64,000 nt of DNA from an uncultured Gemmatimonadales bacterium (GTDB lineage Bacteria; Gemmatimonadota; Gemmatimonadetes; Gemmatimonadales; GWC2-71-9). Under the pieces are notes generated by a model. It made no database searches. It had not been told where the DNA came from and was given only the letters and a program-made list of their open reading frames with translations. Position 1 is the first letter of the stretch, and each line of letters starts with the position of its first letter. The position numbers and the translations under genes are program-made. Below, in pieces: positions 29,608 through 39,388 of this stretch. The stretch covers positions 31,841 to 95,840 of the forward strand of contig CAVQGA010000012.1 in assembly GCA_963711915.1 (NCBI GenBank). Reading direction: 5' to 3'.

Positions 29608-31233
29608 GTGACGACCGACGTAATCGACAAGCCAGCCGCCCGCCGACCCGCCGCCGCCGAGGAGGCGGAGGGCATCGGCGGCACCCGGTGGCTGATCCTG
29701 CTGGGCCTCATCACCGCGGCGATCATGGAGGTGCTCGACACCACCATCGTGAACGTCGCCCTGCCGCAGATGGCCGGGAATCTCGGCGCCACCCAGCAGG
29801 AGATCAGTTGGGTCGCCACCGGCTACATTCTCTCCAACGTCATCTTCCTTCCGATGACCGCGTTCTTCACCGAGCGGTTCGGCCGGCGGCGGTACCTCAC
29901 GGCCTCGATCATCCTGTTCGCCGTCGCCTCGTTCCTCTGCGGCACGTCGCATTCGCTGGTCGAGCTGGTGGTCTGGCGCATCATCCAGGGGGCCGGCGGG
30001 GCCGCGCTGCTCTCGACCGCTCAGGCCACGATCCGGCAGATCTTCCCGCGCGAGCAGCAGGGCTTCGTCCAGGCGGTCTTCCTCCTCGGCATCATCGTGG
30101 CCCCGACGCTGGGCCCGACCCTCGGCGGCTGGATCACCGACAACTACACCTGGAACTGGTGCTTCTTCATCAACGTCCCGATCGCCATGCTGTCGACTTT
30201 TCTGGTGACGACGTTTCTGAAGGACCCGCCCGACCACAAGCGCAGCACCGCCGGCGTGGACTGGCTCGGCATCACCCTGCTCACCGTGGGGCTCGGCGCT
30301 CTGCAGTACGTGCTCGAAGAGGGCAACGCCGACGACTGGTTCAATGACGCCTGGATTCTCCGACTCTCGATCGTGGCGGGCGTCTGTCTGGTGGGCATGG
30401 TCTGGTGGGAGCTCTCACCCCGGAATCCGCATCCCGTGGTGAACTTCCGGGTGCTCAAGAACCGCGAGCTGGCCGCCTCCATCTTTCTCTTCGTCGCACT
30501 GGGCTTCGGCCTCTACGGCGGCGTGTTCATCTTCCCGCTCTTCACCCAGAGCCTGCTGCACTTCACGCCGACCGAGACCGGACTCGCGCTGCTGCCCGGC
30601 GGGCTGGCCACGGCCACGAGCGCGCTGATCTGCGGCCGGCTGCTCACCGGCGCTCGGCCCCTGGTGGATCCGCGGATCCTGATCGCGCTCGGCGTCGCGA
30701 TCTTCGTCGTGGCCATGTGGGATCTGGGGCACCTGACGACCAACTCGGGCGAGCCCGACGTCCGCATCGCGCTCATCGTGCGCGGCGCCGGACTCGGCTT
30801 CCTGTTCACGCCGATCAACAACGTGGCCTACGCCAGCCTCAAGCCGAGCGAGGCGCAGCAGGCTTCGGGCCTCATCAACCTCGCCCGCCAGCTCGGCGGG
30901 TCGTTCGGCATCGCCATCCTCGCGACCTACGTGACGGTGCACACCCAGATCCACCGGGTGAACCTGCTGAGCTACGTGTACGCGGGCCGGCCTGAGGTGA
31001 ACGAGCGGGTGAACGCGCTGACCGCGAATCTGGTCGCGCACGGCTACGGTCCCGATGCCGCCCACCGGGGCGCCATGGCCATCCTCGACCAGCAGCTGAT
31101 GCGGCAGGCCTCGATGCTGAGCTACAACGACGCCTGGATGCTCCTGCTGCTGACCTTTGTCGCCGTCTCACCCGCGATCCTGCTGCTGCGGGCGCACCGC
31201 GGCGCGGCCGCGGGACCCGTGGACGCCCATTGA
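29608..31233 (+). CDS. DHA2 (EmrB/QacA) family MFS efflux transporter
   Basis: MEVLDTTIVNVALPQMAGNLGA..., FGRRRY, and about 14 hydrophobic segments. The GTG start at 29608 was chosen and is uncertain. The upstream part of ORF 29407.. crosses repeat DNA. Confidence 0.85.
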   Translation: MTTDVIDKPAARRPAAAEEAEGIGGTRWLILLGLITAAIMEVLDTTIVNVALPQMAGNLGATQQEISWVATGYILSNVIFLPMTAFFTERFGRRRYLTASIILFAVASFLCGTSHSLVELVVWRIIQGAGGAALLSTAQATIRQIFPREQQGFVQAVFLLGIIVAPTLGPTLGGWITDNYTWNWCFFINVPIAMLSTFLVTTFLKDPPDHKRSTAGVDWLGITLLTVGLGALQYVLEEGNADDWFNDAWILRLSIVAGVCLVGMVWWELSPRNPHPVVNFRVLKNRELAASIFLFVALGFGLYGGVFIFPLFTQSLLHFTPTETGLALLPGGLATATSALICGRLLTGARPLVDPRILIALGVAIFVVAMWDLGHLTTNSGEPDVRIALIVRGAGLGFLFTPINNVAYASLKPSEAQQASGLINLARQLGGSFGIAILATYVTVHTQIHRVNLLSYVYAGRPEVNERVNALTANLVAHGYGPDAAHRGAMAILDQQLMRQASMLSYNDAWMLLLLTFVAVSPAILLLRAHRGAAAGPVDAH

Positions 31234-31739
31234 GCGAGCCGCCGCCGGCCCGCCCGGACCGCCGTGCGCGGCGTCCGAACGTCAGCGCCGGCCTGCTGCT
31301 CTATCGCCACGGCGGGCGGGGGCTCGAGCTGTTCCTCGCCCATCCCGGCGGCCCGTTCTGGCGCGATCGGGAGGCGGGCGCGTGGACCATTCCCAAGGGG
31401 GCGGTGGACGACGGCGAGGGGTTGCTGGACGCCGCATGCCGGGAATTCGAGGAGGAGACCGGGATCCGTCCGAGCGGGCCGTTCCAGCCGCTGGGCAGCA
31501 TCCGGCAGAAGGCCGGCAAGCTGGTCCACGCCTGGGCCTGGGAGGGCGACGCCGACGCCGAGCGGATCACCAGCAACTCCGCACGCACCGAATGGCCGCC
31601 GGGCTCGGGCCGGTGGCTCACGTATCCCGAGGTGGACCGCTGTGCCTGGTTCGATCCCGCGGCCGCGCGCGCCAGGATCAACCCGGCGCAGGCGGAGCTG
31701 ATCGGTCGTCTGGAGCAGTGGCTCGCCGAACAGCCCTGA
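31230..31739 (+). CDS. NUDIX hydrolase
   Basis: Nudix box GAVDDGEGLLDAACREFEEETGI. The TTG start overlaps the MFS stop (ATTGA). Confidence 0.8.
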   Translation: MSEPPPARPDRRARRPNVSAGLLLYRHGGRGLELFLAHPGGPFWRDREAGAWTIPKGAVDDGEGLLDAACREFEEETGIRPSGPFQPLGSIRQKAGKLVHAWAWEGDADAERITSNSARTEWPPGSGRWLTYPEVDRCAWFDPAAARARINPAQAELIGRLEQWLAEQP

Positions 31740-31812
31740 CCGTGCGGATCCTTCGCGGCCACGCTGCTCGATGATGCGGGATCGAAGGGTGCGGAAGTGC
31801 TCCGGGACCGAA

Positions 31813-32157
31813 TCAGCGATTGGGCAGCTCGTCCATGCCGCAATAATTGAGGAACGCCACCAGCTGCTCCGCCTCCTGAGGCGTCGAGACCATCACCACG
31901 GTGCCGCCCCGCTGCACGAGCGGGATGTAGTCGAGCCCGCCGCGTCCCGGCTTCTTGAGCGGGCGCGTTCCCACCTTCCACGGTCCGCCCTGCAGATGCT
32001 CGGTCCGCTGGTTTCCCGACAGCACCTCGGTGACGAAGCGGCGCAGCAGCGCCGAGTCCGAGCGCTGTCGCCCGCGGGGACGGCGCTGATGGGACACGAT
32101 CGCCGCGAGCTCGAGCGCCGCGCGCTGACAGTAGGTCTGCGTACCCAGCTCTTCCAT
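31813..32157 (-). CDS. hypothetical protein
   Basis: 114-aa ORF with plausible coding composition. No family recognised. Confidence 0.35.
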   Translation of the reverse strand: MEELGTQTYCQRAALELAAIVSHQRRPRGRQRSDSALLRRFVTEVLSGNQRTEHLQGGPWKVGTRPLKKPGRGGLDYIPLVQRGGTVVMVSTPQEAEQLVAFLNYCGMDELPNR

Positions 32158-32330
32158 AGAACTCCCCGCTATGTGACGACCCTCACGCGGGTGGAAAACC
32201 CGTGAGCAGGATGTGAGTTGGAACCCGGCACGGCTCGTTGGCTTTGGGTTACGGTGAATGCAGAGGCCTGGGTCAAGATCGTACGGTGAACCTGCAGGCT
32301 AGAACGGCGGATGACAAGGGGAATGACGCG

Positions 32331-32891
32331 GTGACGCTCGCAAACGTGAGTCTCGCAGGAGTGGTCGAGCCGGCGTTGGTGGGTCTCGCGGGCTCGTGGA
32401 TCGCCCTGCTGGTGCACGAGCTGGGGCACGGCTTCGCCGCGCTCGTCCTCGGCGTACGGATCTGGGGCATCCGGCTGGGCATCGGACCGACCGTATGGCA
32501 GGGGCGGTGCGGGGAGTGCCGGGTGCATGTGCGGCTGCTCCCGTTCCTCGGGTCCGTCCAGCTCGTGGACGAAGACGCCTGCGCCATCGGCTACCGCGAC
32601 ATCGTCGCCGGCACGTGGCGCTTCGAGTGGGTGCCAGGGGCCTGGCGCGCACCCATCATCTCGGCCGCCGGCGGGCTCAGTAACCTCGCCGGGCTCATCA
32701 TGTTGCTCGCCTGGTGGAACTGCCTCGGCCGGCCTGCTCTCGGCACGCCGATGGGCGACCTGCTGCTCTTCGCCGTCACGTCCAACTTCGCCGGCTACCT
32801 CAACCTGCTGCCGTGCTTCCGCTCGGACGGCATCCACCTGCTGGCCCATATCCAGGCCGTCCGCTTCCGGCTTCAGCCCGCTGCGGCGTGA
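32331..32891 (+). CDS. M50 (site-2 protease-like) membrane metalloprotease, short form
   Basis: LVHELGHGF (HExxH within a helix) and NLLPCFRSDGIHLL (NxxPxxxxDG) motifs. Start uncertain: GTG 32331 was chosen, while the ORF opens at TTG 32238. Confidence 0.6.
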   Translation: MTLANVSLAGVVEPALVGLAGSWIALLVHELGHGFAALVLGVRIWGIRLGIGPTVWQGRCGECRVHVRLLPFLGSVQLVDEDACAIGYRDIVAGTWRFEWVPGAWRAPIISAAGGLSNLAGLIMLLAWWNCLGRPALGTPMGDLLLFAVTSNFAGYLNLLPCFRSDGIHLLAHIQAVRFRLQPAAA

Positions 32892-33222
32892 GCCGTCCCA
32901 TCGCCGGATTCTGACGGCGCATGGGGCCTCGGGCGCCGCCTCCCGACGCCCACCCGTCAGTGACAATTCCTGCACTCCCGACGTCCCTACCATTATTCAT
33001 GCGGCTCGCAGATCCCGCCGCCGCGCGTGGCGCGCCAGTTGCCGAATCCTGCCGGGTCGAGCCCTAGGCGCATCGTGAAGGTTCAGCGACTCAACGGCTT
33101 CCGTGAGCCAGGCGTGATCCCGGTGATCTCCGCGCCGTCCCGCGGTTCGCCGCGTCGTGGCAGATCGCCGGGCGATTGATGCCACCGTGCTATCCGTTGG
33201 ACGTCTCTTGCCGCGTGGACGC

Positions 33223-35385
33223 ATGATCAGATCCCATCGCCTGCTCCCCGTTCTCGTGGCCGCGCTCGTCGCCTGCGGCGGCGACCCGACGGGTCCCACC
33301 ACCGGCAGCCTGTCCGTCATCGTGAACGGTCTGCCGTCCGGCACCTCCGGGCAGGTCACGGTCACCGGTCCCGGCGGGTACAGTCATGACGTGGCGGCGT
33401 CGGAGACGCTGGCCGATCTCACGCCGGGCGCCTATGCCGTCGCGGCCCAGGCCGTGAGCGATGCCGGTCAGGCGTACCAGCCGGCGCTGAGCATGCAGTC
33501 GGTCAGTGTCGGCGCGAGCACCGTCGCGGCGTCGGCTCTCGTGGCCTACGGCCTGGTGGGAGCGAGCCTCACGGTCACCGTGGCCGGCCTTCCGCCGGGG
33601 GTCGCGGCGGCCATCGCGGTCACCGGGCCCGGAGGCTACGACCATCCGGTCACGGCCACCACCACCTTGAGCGCGCTTCCCGCGGGCGTCTACACCATCA
33701 CGGCGCAGAGCGTGACGCCGGCCGGCGTGCAGTACGACCCGAGCCCGTCGACCCAGACCGTCAATCTCACGACCGGCTCGGGAGGCGCGGCGGGCGTGAG
33801 CTACACCTCCGCCGCGTCGCCCGGACTCAACCTGCGCATCGACGGCATGTACCTCACGCAGAGCGTCCAGACCTACGGCGGTGCGGTGCCGCTGGTGAAG
33901 GATCGGGACGGCTTCCTCCGCGTGTTCGTCACCGCCAGCCAGTCCAACGCCGCGGCACCCCAGGTGCGCGTCCGGTTCTACTCCGGCGCTACGCTGGTCT
34001 CCACCAGCACCATTCCCGCCCCGGCCGCCTCCGTGCCGCTTTCCCCCAACGAGGGGAGCCTGACGGCGTCGTGGAACGTGCCGGTGCCCAAGGCCCTCAT
34101 CCAGCCGAACCTGTCGATTCTGGCGGATGTCGATCCGGCCAACGCCGTGGCGGAGACCGACGAGGCCGACAACGCGTTTCCCGCGTCCGGCACACCGCTC
34201 CCCATGGACGTGCGCACCGCGTCGGTGTTCTCGGTCCGCTTCGTCCCGGTGGTTCAGACGAATGGCCTGCAGGGCAACGTGACCAACGCCAACAAGGCCA
34301 CCTTCATGGCTGCCGCCATGAGCATCCACCCGCTACCGGGCTACGACGCCGATATGCACGCGCCCTGGAACACCTCCCGGCCGGTGGTGGACAAGGACAA
34401 CACCAACAACGCGTGGACCAACATCCTCGGCGACCTCGACGCGCTCCGGGTCACCGAAGGCACCTCGCGCCACTACTTCGGCGTCATCGACCCGACGTAC
34501 ACCTCCGGCATCGCCGGCATCGGGTATGTCGGTGGCAAGACCGCGCTGGGCTGGGACAAGGGGCAGAACGATTTCGTCGCGGCGCACGAGTGGGGACACA
34601 ACTGGGGCCGGCAGCATGCGCCCTGCGGATCGGCCGGCAACCCCGACACGCAATACCCGTACGCCGGCGGCGCCATCGGCGTCTACGGCCTGGACGTCGC
34701 CGCGCAGGCGCTTAAGCCGCCCACCAGTCACGACCTCATGGGCTACTGCAACAACGAGTGGATCAGCGATTACACCTACACAGGTGTGCTGAACTACCGC
34801 TCCGCCCATCCCGACGTCGCGCCGGCGTTCGCGGAGGCCATGCAGCCGTGCCTGCTGGTGTGGGGGCAGATCATCGATGGACAGGCCGTACTCGAGCCGG
34901 TCTTCCAGATCGTCACCCGGCCCAGCTTGCCGGCCCGCGCCGGGCAGTACCGGGTCGAGGGCCGGGCCGCGGACGGCTCCCGGCTGTTCGGCCTGGACTT
35001 CACTCCCGAGCAGGTGGCCGACGATCCGCGCGGCGCACAGCACTTCGCCTTCGCGGTGCCGCTGCAGCCCGACCGCGCGGCCCGGCTGCAGGCGGTCCGG
35101 CTGACGGCGCCGGGCCGTCCGGTGGTGACCCTCCGCGCGGCCACCGGCGTTCAGGCGGCCGATGCCGGTCTGGTGCACACCACCCGCACGAGCCCCGGCC
35201 GGGTCTCCCTCCGCTGGAACGCCGGGGCGCATCCGATGCTCATGGTTCGCGACCCGTCCACCGGCCAGGTCCTCTCGTTCGCGCGGGGCGGACAGGTCGA
35301 CCTGGCCACCGATCGCGCCGAGCTCGACGTGCAGCTCTCCGACGGCATCGGCGGCCGCCGGATGCGCGTGGCGGTGCCGCGGTGA
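33223..35385 (+). CDS. secreted zinc metalloprotease lipoprotein (HExxHxxGxxH, metzincin/M66-like) with two N-terminal Ig-like repeats
   Basis: Lipobox LVACGG. Tandem repeats of about 95 aa (VTVTGPGGYSHDV... / IAVTGPGGYDHPV...). Catalytic motif AHEWGHNWGRQHAPC. Confidence 0.7.
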   Translation: MIRSHRLLPVLVAALVACGGDPTGPTTGSLSVIVNGLPSGTSGQVTVTGPGGYSHDVAASETLADLTPGAYAVAAQAVSDAGQAYQPALSMQSVSVGASTVAASALVAYGLVGASLTVTVAGLPPGVAAAIAVTGPGGYDHPVTATTTLSALPAGVYTITAQSVTPAGVQYDPSPSTQTVNLTTGSGGAAGVSYTSAASPGLNLRIDGMYLTQSVQTYGGAVPLVKDRDGFLRVFVTASQSNAAAPQVRVRFYSGATLVSTSTIPAPAASVPLSPNEGSLTASWNVPVPKALIQPNLSILADVDPANAVAETDEADNAFPASGTPLPMDVRTASVFSVRFVPVVQTNGLQGNVTNANKATFMAAAMSIHPLPGYDADMHAPWNTSRPVVDKDNTNNAWTNILGDLDALRVTEGTSRHYFGVIDPTYTSGIAGIGYVGGKTALGWDKGQNDFVAAHEWGHNWGRQHAPCGSAGNPDTQYPYAGGAIGVYGLDVAAQALKPPTSHDLMGYCNNEWISDYTYTGVLNYRSAHPDVAPAFAEAMQPCLLVWGQIIDGQAVLEPVFQIVTRPSLPARAGQYRVEGRAADGSRLFGLDFTPEQVADDPRGAQHFAFAVPLQPDRAARLQAVRLTAPGRPVVTLRAATGVQAADAGLVHTTRTSPGRVSLRWNAGAHPMLMVRDPSTGQVLSFARGGQVDLATDRAELDVQLSDGIGGRRMRVAVPR

Positions 35386-35891
35386 GCCGGAGGCTGGGCC
35401 TCCTCACCGCCGCCGTGCTGTCCGCCGCCTGCGCACGCCCCTCGTCCGGCGCGCCCGCCGACGATGCCCATCCCGCCCCCGACTCCGGTGCCGACGCCAG
35501 CGTCTCGCTGGAGCGCCGCCCCTGCTTCGGCACCTGCCCGGTGTACACCGTCACGGTCGACGGCTCGGGCGCCGTGCGCTTCGAGGGCCGCCGCTTCGTC
35601 GCTGACTCCGGCGTGTCCACGGCCACCATCCCCCAGGCGCGGGCGGACAGTCTGCTGACCGAGCTGGAGCAGGCGGGGATCTTCGACCTGGCCGACCGCT
35701 ACGCCGTGGGCGCGGCCGGCTGCGAGCGCTACGCCACCGATCTGCCCACCGTGGTCACCGAGGTACACCTCCGGGGCCGCGCCAAGCGCGTCGAGCACGA
35801 TCACGGCTGCGCCGGCGCCCCCGAGATGCTCGATTCGCTTGAGCACCGGATCGACGAGGTAGCCGGCGTCGCGCAATGGGTGGGGCGATAA
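35382..35891 (+). CDS. DUF6438-like lipoprotein
   Basis: The GTG start overlaps the upstream stop (GTGA). Lipobox LSAAC. RRPCFGTCPVYTVTVDGSGAVRFEG is the hallmark of that family. Confidence 0.55.
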   Translation: MSRRLGLLTAAVLSAACARPSSGAPADDAHPAPDSGADASVSLERRPCFGTCPVYTVTVDGSGAVRFEGRRFVADSGVSTATIPQARADSLLTELEQAGIFDLADRYAVGAAGCERYATDLPTVVTEVHLRGRAKRVEHDHGCAGAPEMLDSLEHRIDEVAGVAQWVGR

Positions 35892-36003
35892 GGCGTCGCC
35901 TGCCCCGGAACAACCCGCGGCGTTCCCAAGTCTGTCTGTCCACGCTGGTGCGGAGGATCCCTCGATCACGCATCCCGATATGAGCAGAAGCGGCGGCGCG
36001 GAC

Positions 36004-36110
36004 CCCGCAGGGAGCGTCAGTGCGCCTACAGGTCCCTGCGAGATGCCCACGTTCGAAGCGCACAGCAGCGACCGAAGGGGCTGCCGCGCCGCCGCTGCTG
36101 CGGCAGCATG
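36004..36110 (-). repeat. approximately 107-nt structured repeat, copy C (reverse orientation), 30 nt 3' of the permease stop
   Basis: Its reverse complement aligns with 44277-44383 and 44455-44561 (CATGC(C/T)GCCGCAGC...TTCGGTCGCTGC(G/T)GTGCGCTTCGA...CGCAGGGACCTG...GCTCCCTGCGGG). Confidence 0.8.
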
Positions 36111-36139
36111 CCCCGATCCCCCCAGCGACAGACGACCGC

Positions 36140-36991
36140 TCAGCCCACCTTGCCCGGATCCAGCCGGTCCCGCACCGCATCCCCCAGCAGTGTCGCGGCC
36201 ACGACCACCAGCACCAGCGCCATCCCCGGTGCTGCCGCCACCCAGGGCGCATTGATCAGCGTGTCCCGTCCCGACGCGATGAGGTTGCCCCATGACGGCG
36301 TCGGCGGCTGGACCCCCAGCCCGAGAAACGAGAGCCCCGCCTCGAGCAGAATCGCGTTGCCCAGGCCGAGCGCGGCGGCCACGATGACCGGTGTCCACGC
36401 GTTGGGCAGGATGTGCCGCAGGAGGATGCGGAGCCCCGGCACGCCGAGCCCCACCGCGCTTTCGACGAACGGCCGTCCCGCCAGCCCCCGCACTTCCGCG
36501 TAGACCAGCCGGGCGATCGCCATCCAGCCCGTCAACCCGAGCACCACGATCACGAGCCCCGCGCTCGGCTGCCACAGCGAGGCGAGCAGCAGCAACAGCA
36601 CCACCCGTGGCAGCGCCAGCGCGAAATCGGTGAGCCCGAGCAGCGTCGCGCCGAGCCACCCGCGCCAGAAGCCCGCCGCCGCGCCCACCGCGACGCCGAC
36701 GATCACCGACAGCGCCGTCGCCAGCGCGCCCACGCCCAGCGACACCCGCGCGCCGTAGATCAGCCGGGCCCACACGTCCCGGCCAAACCGGTCGGTGCCG
36801 AGCAGGTGAAACGCGCCGAGCGGATCGGTGGCGAGCGGCGGCAGGAAGCGCGTGGCGACGATCGCCCGCTGGGCGAGGGGGTCGCCCGCGAGCAGCGGCG
36901 CGAGCAGCGCGGCGAGCACCGCCAGCGCCAGGATGGCGGCGCCGGCCACCGCCCGGCGATCGCGGAACAGCCGGCGGGTATCCGCGCTCAT
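36140..36991 (-). CDS. ABC transporter permease (DppC/OppC type)
   Basis: MSADTRRLFRDRRAVAG..., conserved GTDRFGRDVWARLIYGARVSL, and a BPD_transp_1 core. Start ATG 36991. Confidence 0.9.
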   Translation of the reverse strand: MSADTRRLFRDRRAVAGAAILALAVLAALLAPLLAGDPLAQRAIVATRFLPPLATDPLGAFHLLGTDRFGRDVWARLIYGARVSLGVGALATALSVIVGVAVGAAAGFWRGWLGATLLGLTDFALALPRVVLLLLLASLWQPSAGLVIVVLGLTGWMAIARLVYAEVRGLAGRPFVESAVGLGVPGLRILLRHILPNAWTPVIVAAALGLGNAILLEAGLSFLGLGVQPPTPSWGNLIASGRDTLINAPWVAAAPGMALVLVVVAATLLGDAVRDRLDPGKVG

Positions 36992-37941
36992 CGGGCCCTG
37001 GGGTCCACCCAGCTCACCAGCACCTCCGCCAGCAGGTTCCCGAGCACCACCAGCACGGCGCTCACGGCCGTGGCCGCCATGACGACCGGGTAGTCGCGCG
37101 CCTGCACGCCCTCGACCAGGATGCGCCCCACACCGGGCCAGGCGAAGATCGCCTCGATGAACACCGCGCCCGAGAACAGGGTGGGGAGCGAGAGGCCGAG
37201 CAGGGTGACGACGGGGATGAGCGCGTTCCGGAGGATGTGGTGCAGGGTGATGCGGATCTCGGAGAGTCCCTTGGCCCGCGCGACGGTCACATACGGCGCG
37301 CCCGCCACGTCGAGCATGGCGCCCCGGACGAACCGCGCGGTGCCGCCGATACCCACGAGCGTGAGCGTCGCCAGCGGCAGCGCCAGGTGGCGGAGCCGGT
37401 CCGCCAGTTGCGCCGCCGGCGGCAGGAAATCGGCGTCGAACCCCGCGGCCCCGAACGCCGGCAGCCACCGGAGCCGGTAGGTGAACACCATCACCAGCAT
37501 GAGGCCGAGCCAGTAGCCGGGCAGCGCGAACAGGGTGACGCTCGCGACCGAGAGCGCCGTGTCGAGCCGCCCGCCGCGCACCGCCTGCACCGCGCCGACG
37601 GCGATGCCGATGAGGTAGCTCAGCACCAGCGAGACGCCCACCAGCCGGACCGTCGCAGGCCACGCCTGGCCCAGCATCGCCCGCACCGGCCGGCCGGTCG
37701 CGATGCTCGTGCCCCAGTCCCCGCGGGCGAACCGCCCGAGCCAGGTCACGTACTGCTCGGCGACCGGCCGGTCGAGCCCGAGCGCATGGCGCTGCGCCGC
37801 CACCTGGTCGGCCGTCGCGGCGGGGCCGACCAGCAGCAGGGCGGGGTCGCCGGGCGCGAGGCGGAGCAGCGCGAACATCAGCGTCACCACGCCGAGCACC
37901 ACGCCGAGGCCGCTGAGCGCGCGGCGAGCGAGCGGGAACAT
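36988..37941 (-). CDS. ABC transporter permease (DppB/OppB type)
   Basis: MFPLARRALSGLGVVLGVVTLMFALLRLAPGDP... Its stop overlaps the next permease's start (ATGA). Confidence 0.9.
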   Translation of the reverse strand: MFPLARRALSGLGVVLGVVTLMFALLRLAPGDPALLLVGPAATADQVAAQRHALGLDRPVAEQYVTWLGRFARGDWGTSIATGRPVRAMLGQAWPATVRLVGVSLVLSYLIGIAVGAVQAVRGGRLDTALSVASVTLFALPGYWLGLMLVMVFTYRLRWLPAFGAAGFDADFLPPAAQLADRLRHLALPLATLTLVGIGGTARFVRGAMLDVAGAPYVTVARAKGLSEIRITLHHILRNALIPVVTLLGLSLPTLFSGAVFIEAIFAWPGVGRILVEGVQARDYPVVMAATAVSAVLVVLGNLLAEVLVSWVDPRAR

Positions 37942-39388
37942 GCGGTGCAAGATACCTTTCGCCGTGCTCCGTCGCCCGCCCGTTGGGACGATTCTCCTCG
38001 CCGCCCTGCTCGCGTGCCAGCCCGTCGCATCGCGGCGTGGCGCCACGGTGCTGTTCGCGTCCGGCGCCGACCTCCAGAGCATGAACCCGCTGGTGACACT
38101 CCATCCGCTCGCCCGCCAGGTCCAGCGCTACGTCCTGCTCACGACGCTCGCCCGCTACGACTCGGCGCTCGTCCCGCGCCCCTACCTGGCGCGCGCCTGG
38201 AGCTGGTCGCCCGACCGGCGCGCGCTGACCTTTCATCTCGTGCCGGGCGTGCCGTGGGCCGACGGCGCGATCACGACCTCACGCGACGTCCGCTGGACGC
38301 TCGAGGCCGCTCGCGACCCGGCGGTCGGCTACCCGCGCGCGACCGAGCTCGCCGGTCTCGTGCAGATCGACACGCCCGACGACTCGACCGCGACCCTCCG
38401 CTTCACGTCGCCGCCCGCGCGCTTCCCCGACGTGCTTACCGATCTCGCGATCCTCCCGGCCCACCTGCTCGACACCGTCCCCCGGGACCGCCTGCGGCAG
38501 GCGGCGTGGAACGAGGCGCCCGTCGGGAACGGGCCGTTCCGGTTCGTGGCGCACGAGCCCAATCGCCGCTGGGTTTTCGCCGCCAACCCCGACTTTCCCG
38601 CCGCGCTCGGCGGGCCGCCCGCGCTCGAGCGCCTCATCATCGTGGTGGTGGACGAGCCCGCCACCAAGCTCGCGGCACTCACCGCCGGCGAGCTCGACTT
38701 CGCCGGGATCCAGCCCGCGCACGCGACGTTCGTCGCCCGCGATCCCGCGCTCGCCGTGCTGAGCTATCCGCTGCTCCTCACGTACGGCATCGTGCTCAAC
38801 ACCCGCCGCGCGCCGTTCGGCTTGCTCGCCGCGCGGCGGCGGCTCGATGCGGCGCTCGACCGGCGCGAGATCGTGGACGGCTATCTCTACGGCTTCGGAA
38901 CGCCCGCGCGCTCGCCGGTGCCGCCCGATGTCCCCGGCTATGTTCCGGTGTCCGGCGACAGCGACGCGCCCGCTCCCTCGGGTGGGCCGCTCCGGTTCGA
39001 GCTGCTCACGGTCGGGAGTGGCGAGGCGCCGCTCGAGCAGATGGTCCAGGCGCAGCTTCGCCCGGTCGGGATCGAGGCCACCATCCGCCAGCTCGAGCTG
39101 TCGGCGTTCCTCGCGCGAGTGTACGGTCCGGCGCACGACTTCGACGCCGCCGTGCTGGGCATCCCGGGCGACCCCGGACTCGGCTACCTTGGTCCGCTGG
39201 CCGCGCTCGCCGGCCTCGTGGCGCCTGGGGATCCGGCCGCGGCGCAGCGGCTGTTCGCCGATTCGCTGCCGGTGGTCGTGCTCTATCACGCGCGAGGGCT
39301 GCAGGGGATGAACCGACGGGTGCGCGGGGTCACGATGGATGTGCGCGGAGAGCTGCCCACGGTGCACGAGTGGCGGGTGGCGCCGTGA
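37940..39388 (+). CDS. ABC transporter substrate-binding lipoprotein, family 5 (peptide/nickel/oligosaccharide)
   Basis: Lipobox LLAALLAC, with the SBP_bac_5 pattern (GNGPFRFV..., YHARGLQGMNRRV). ATG 37940 overlaps the divergent permease ATG (CATG). An alternative GTG start is at 37964. Confidence 0.85.
   Translation: MRCKIPFAVLRRPPVGTILLAALLACQPVASRRGATVLFASGADLQSMNPLVTLHPLARQVQRYVLLTTLARYDSALVPRPYLARAWSWSPDRRALTFHLVPGVPWADGAITTSRDVRWTLEAARDPAVGYPRATELAGLVQIDTPDDSTATLRFTSPPARFPDVLTDLAILPAHLLDTVPRDRLRQAAWNEAPVGNGPFRFVAHEPNRRWVFAANPDFPAALGGPPALERLIIVVVDEPATKLAALTAGELDFAGIQPAHATFVARDPALAVLSYPLLLTYGIVLNTRRAPFGLLAARRRLDAALDRREIVDGYLYGFGTPARSPVPPDVPGYVPVSGDSDAPAPSGGPLRFELLTVGSGEAPLEQMVQAQLRPVGIEATIRQLELSAFLARVYGPAHDFDAAVLGIPGDPGLGYLGPLAALAGLVAPGDPAAAQRLFADSLPVVVLYHARGLQGMNRRVRGVTMDVRGELPTVHEWRVAP

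Noticed and set aside
36140-38236. 698-aa ORF suggesting one large protein
   Set aside because: Only the last 283 codons (from ATG 36991) match an ABC permease. The upstream part is out of frame with the second permease, which is encoded by ORF 36988..38082 from ATG 37941.
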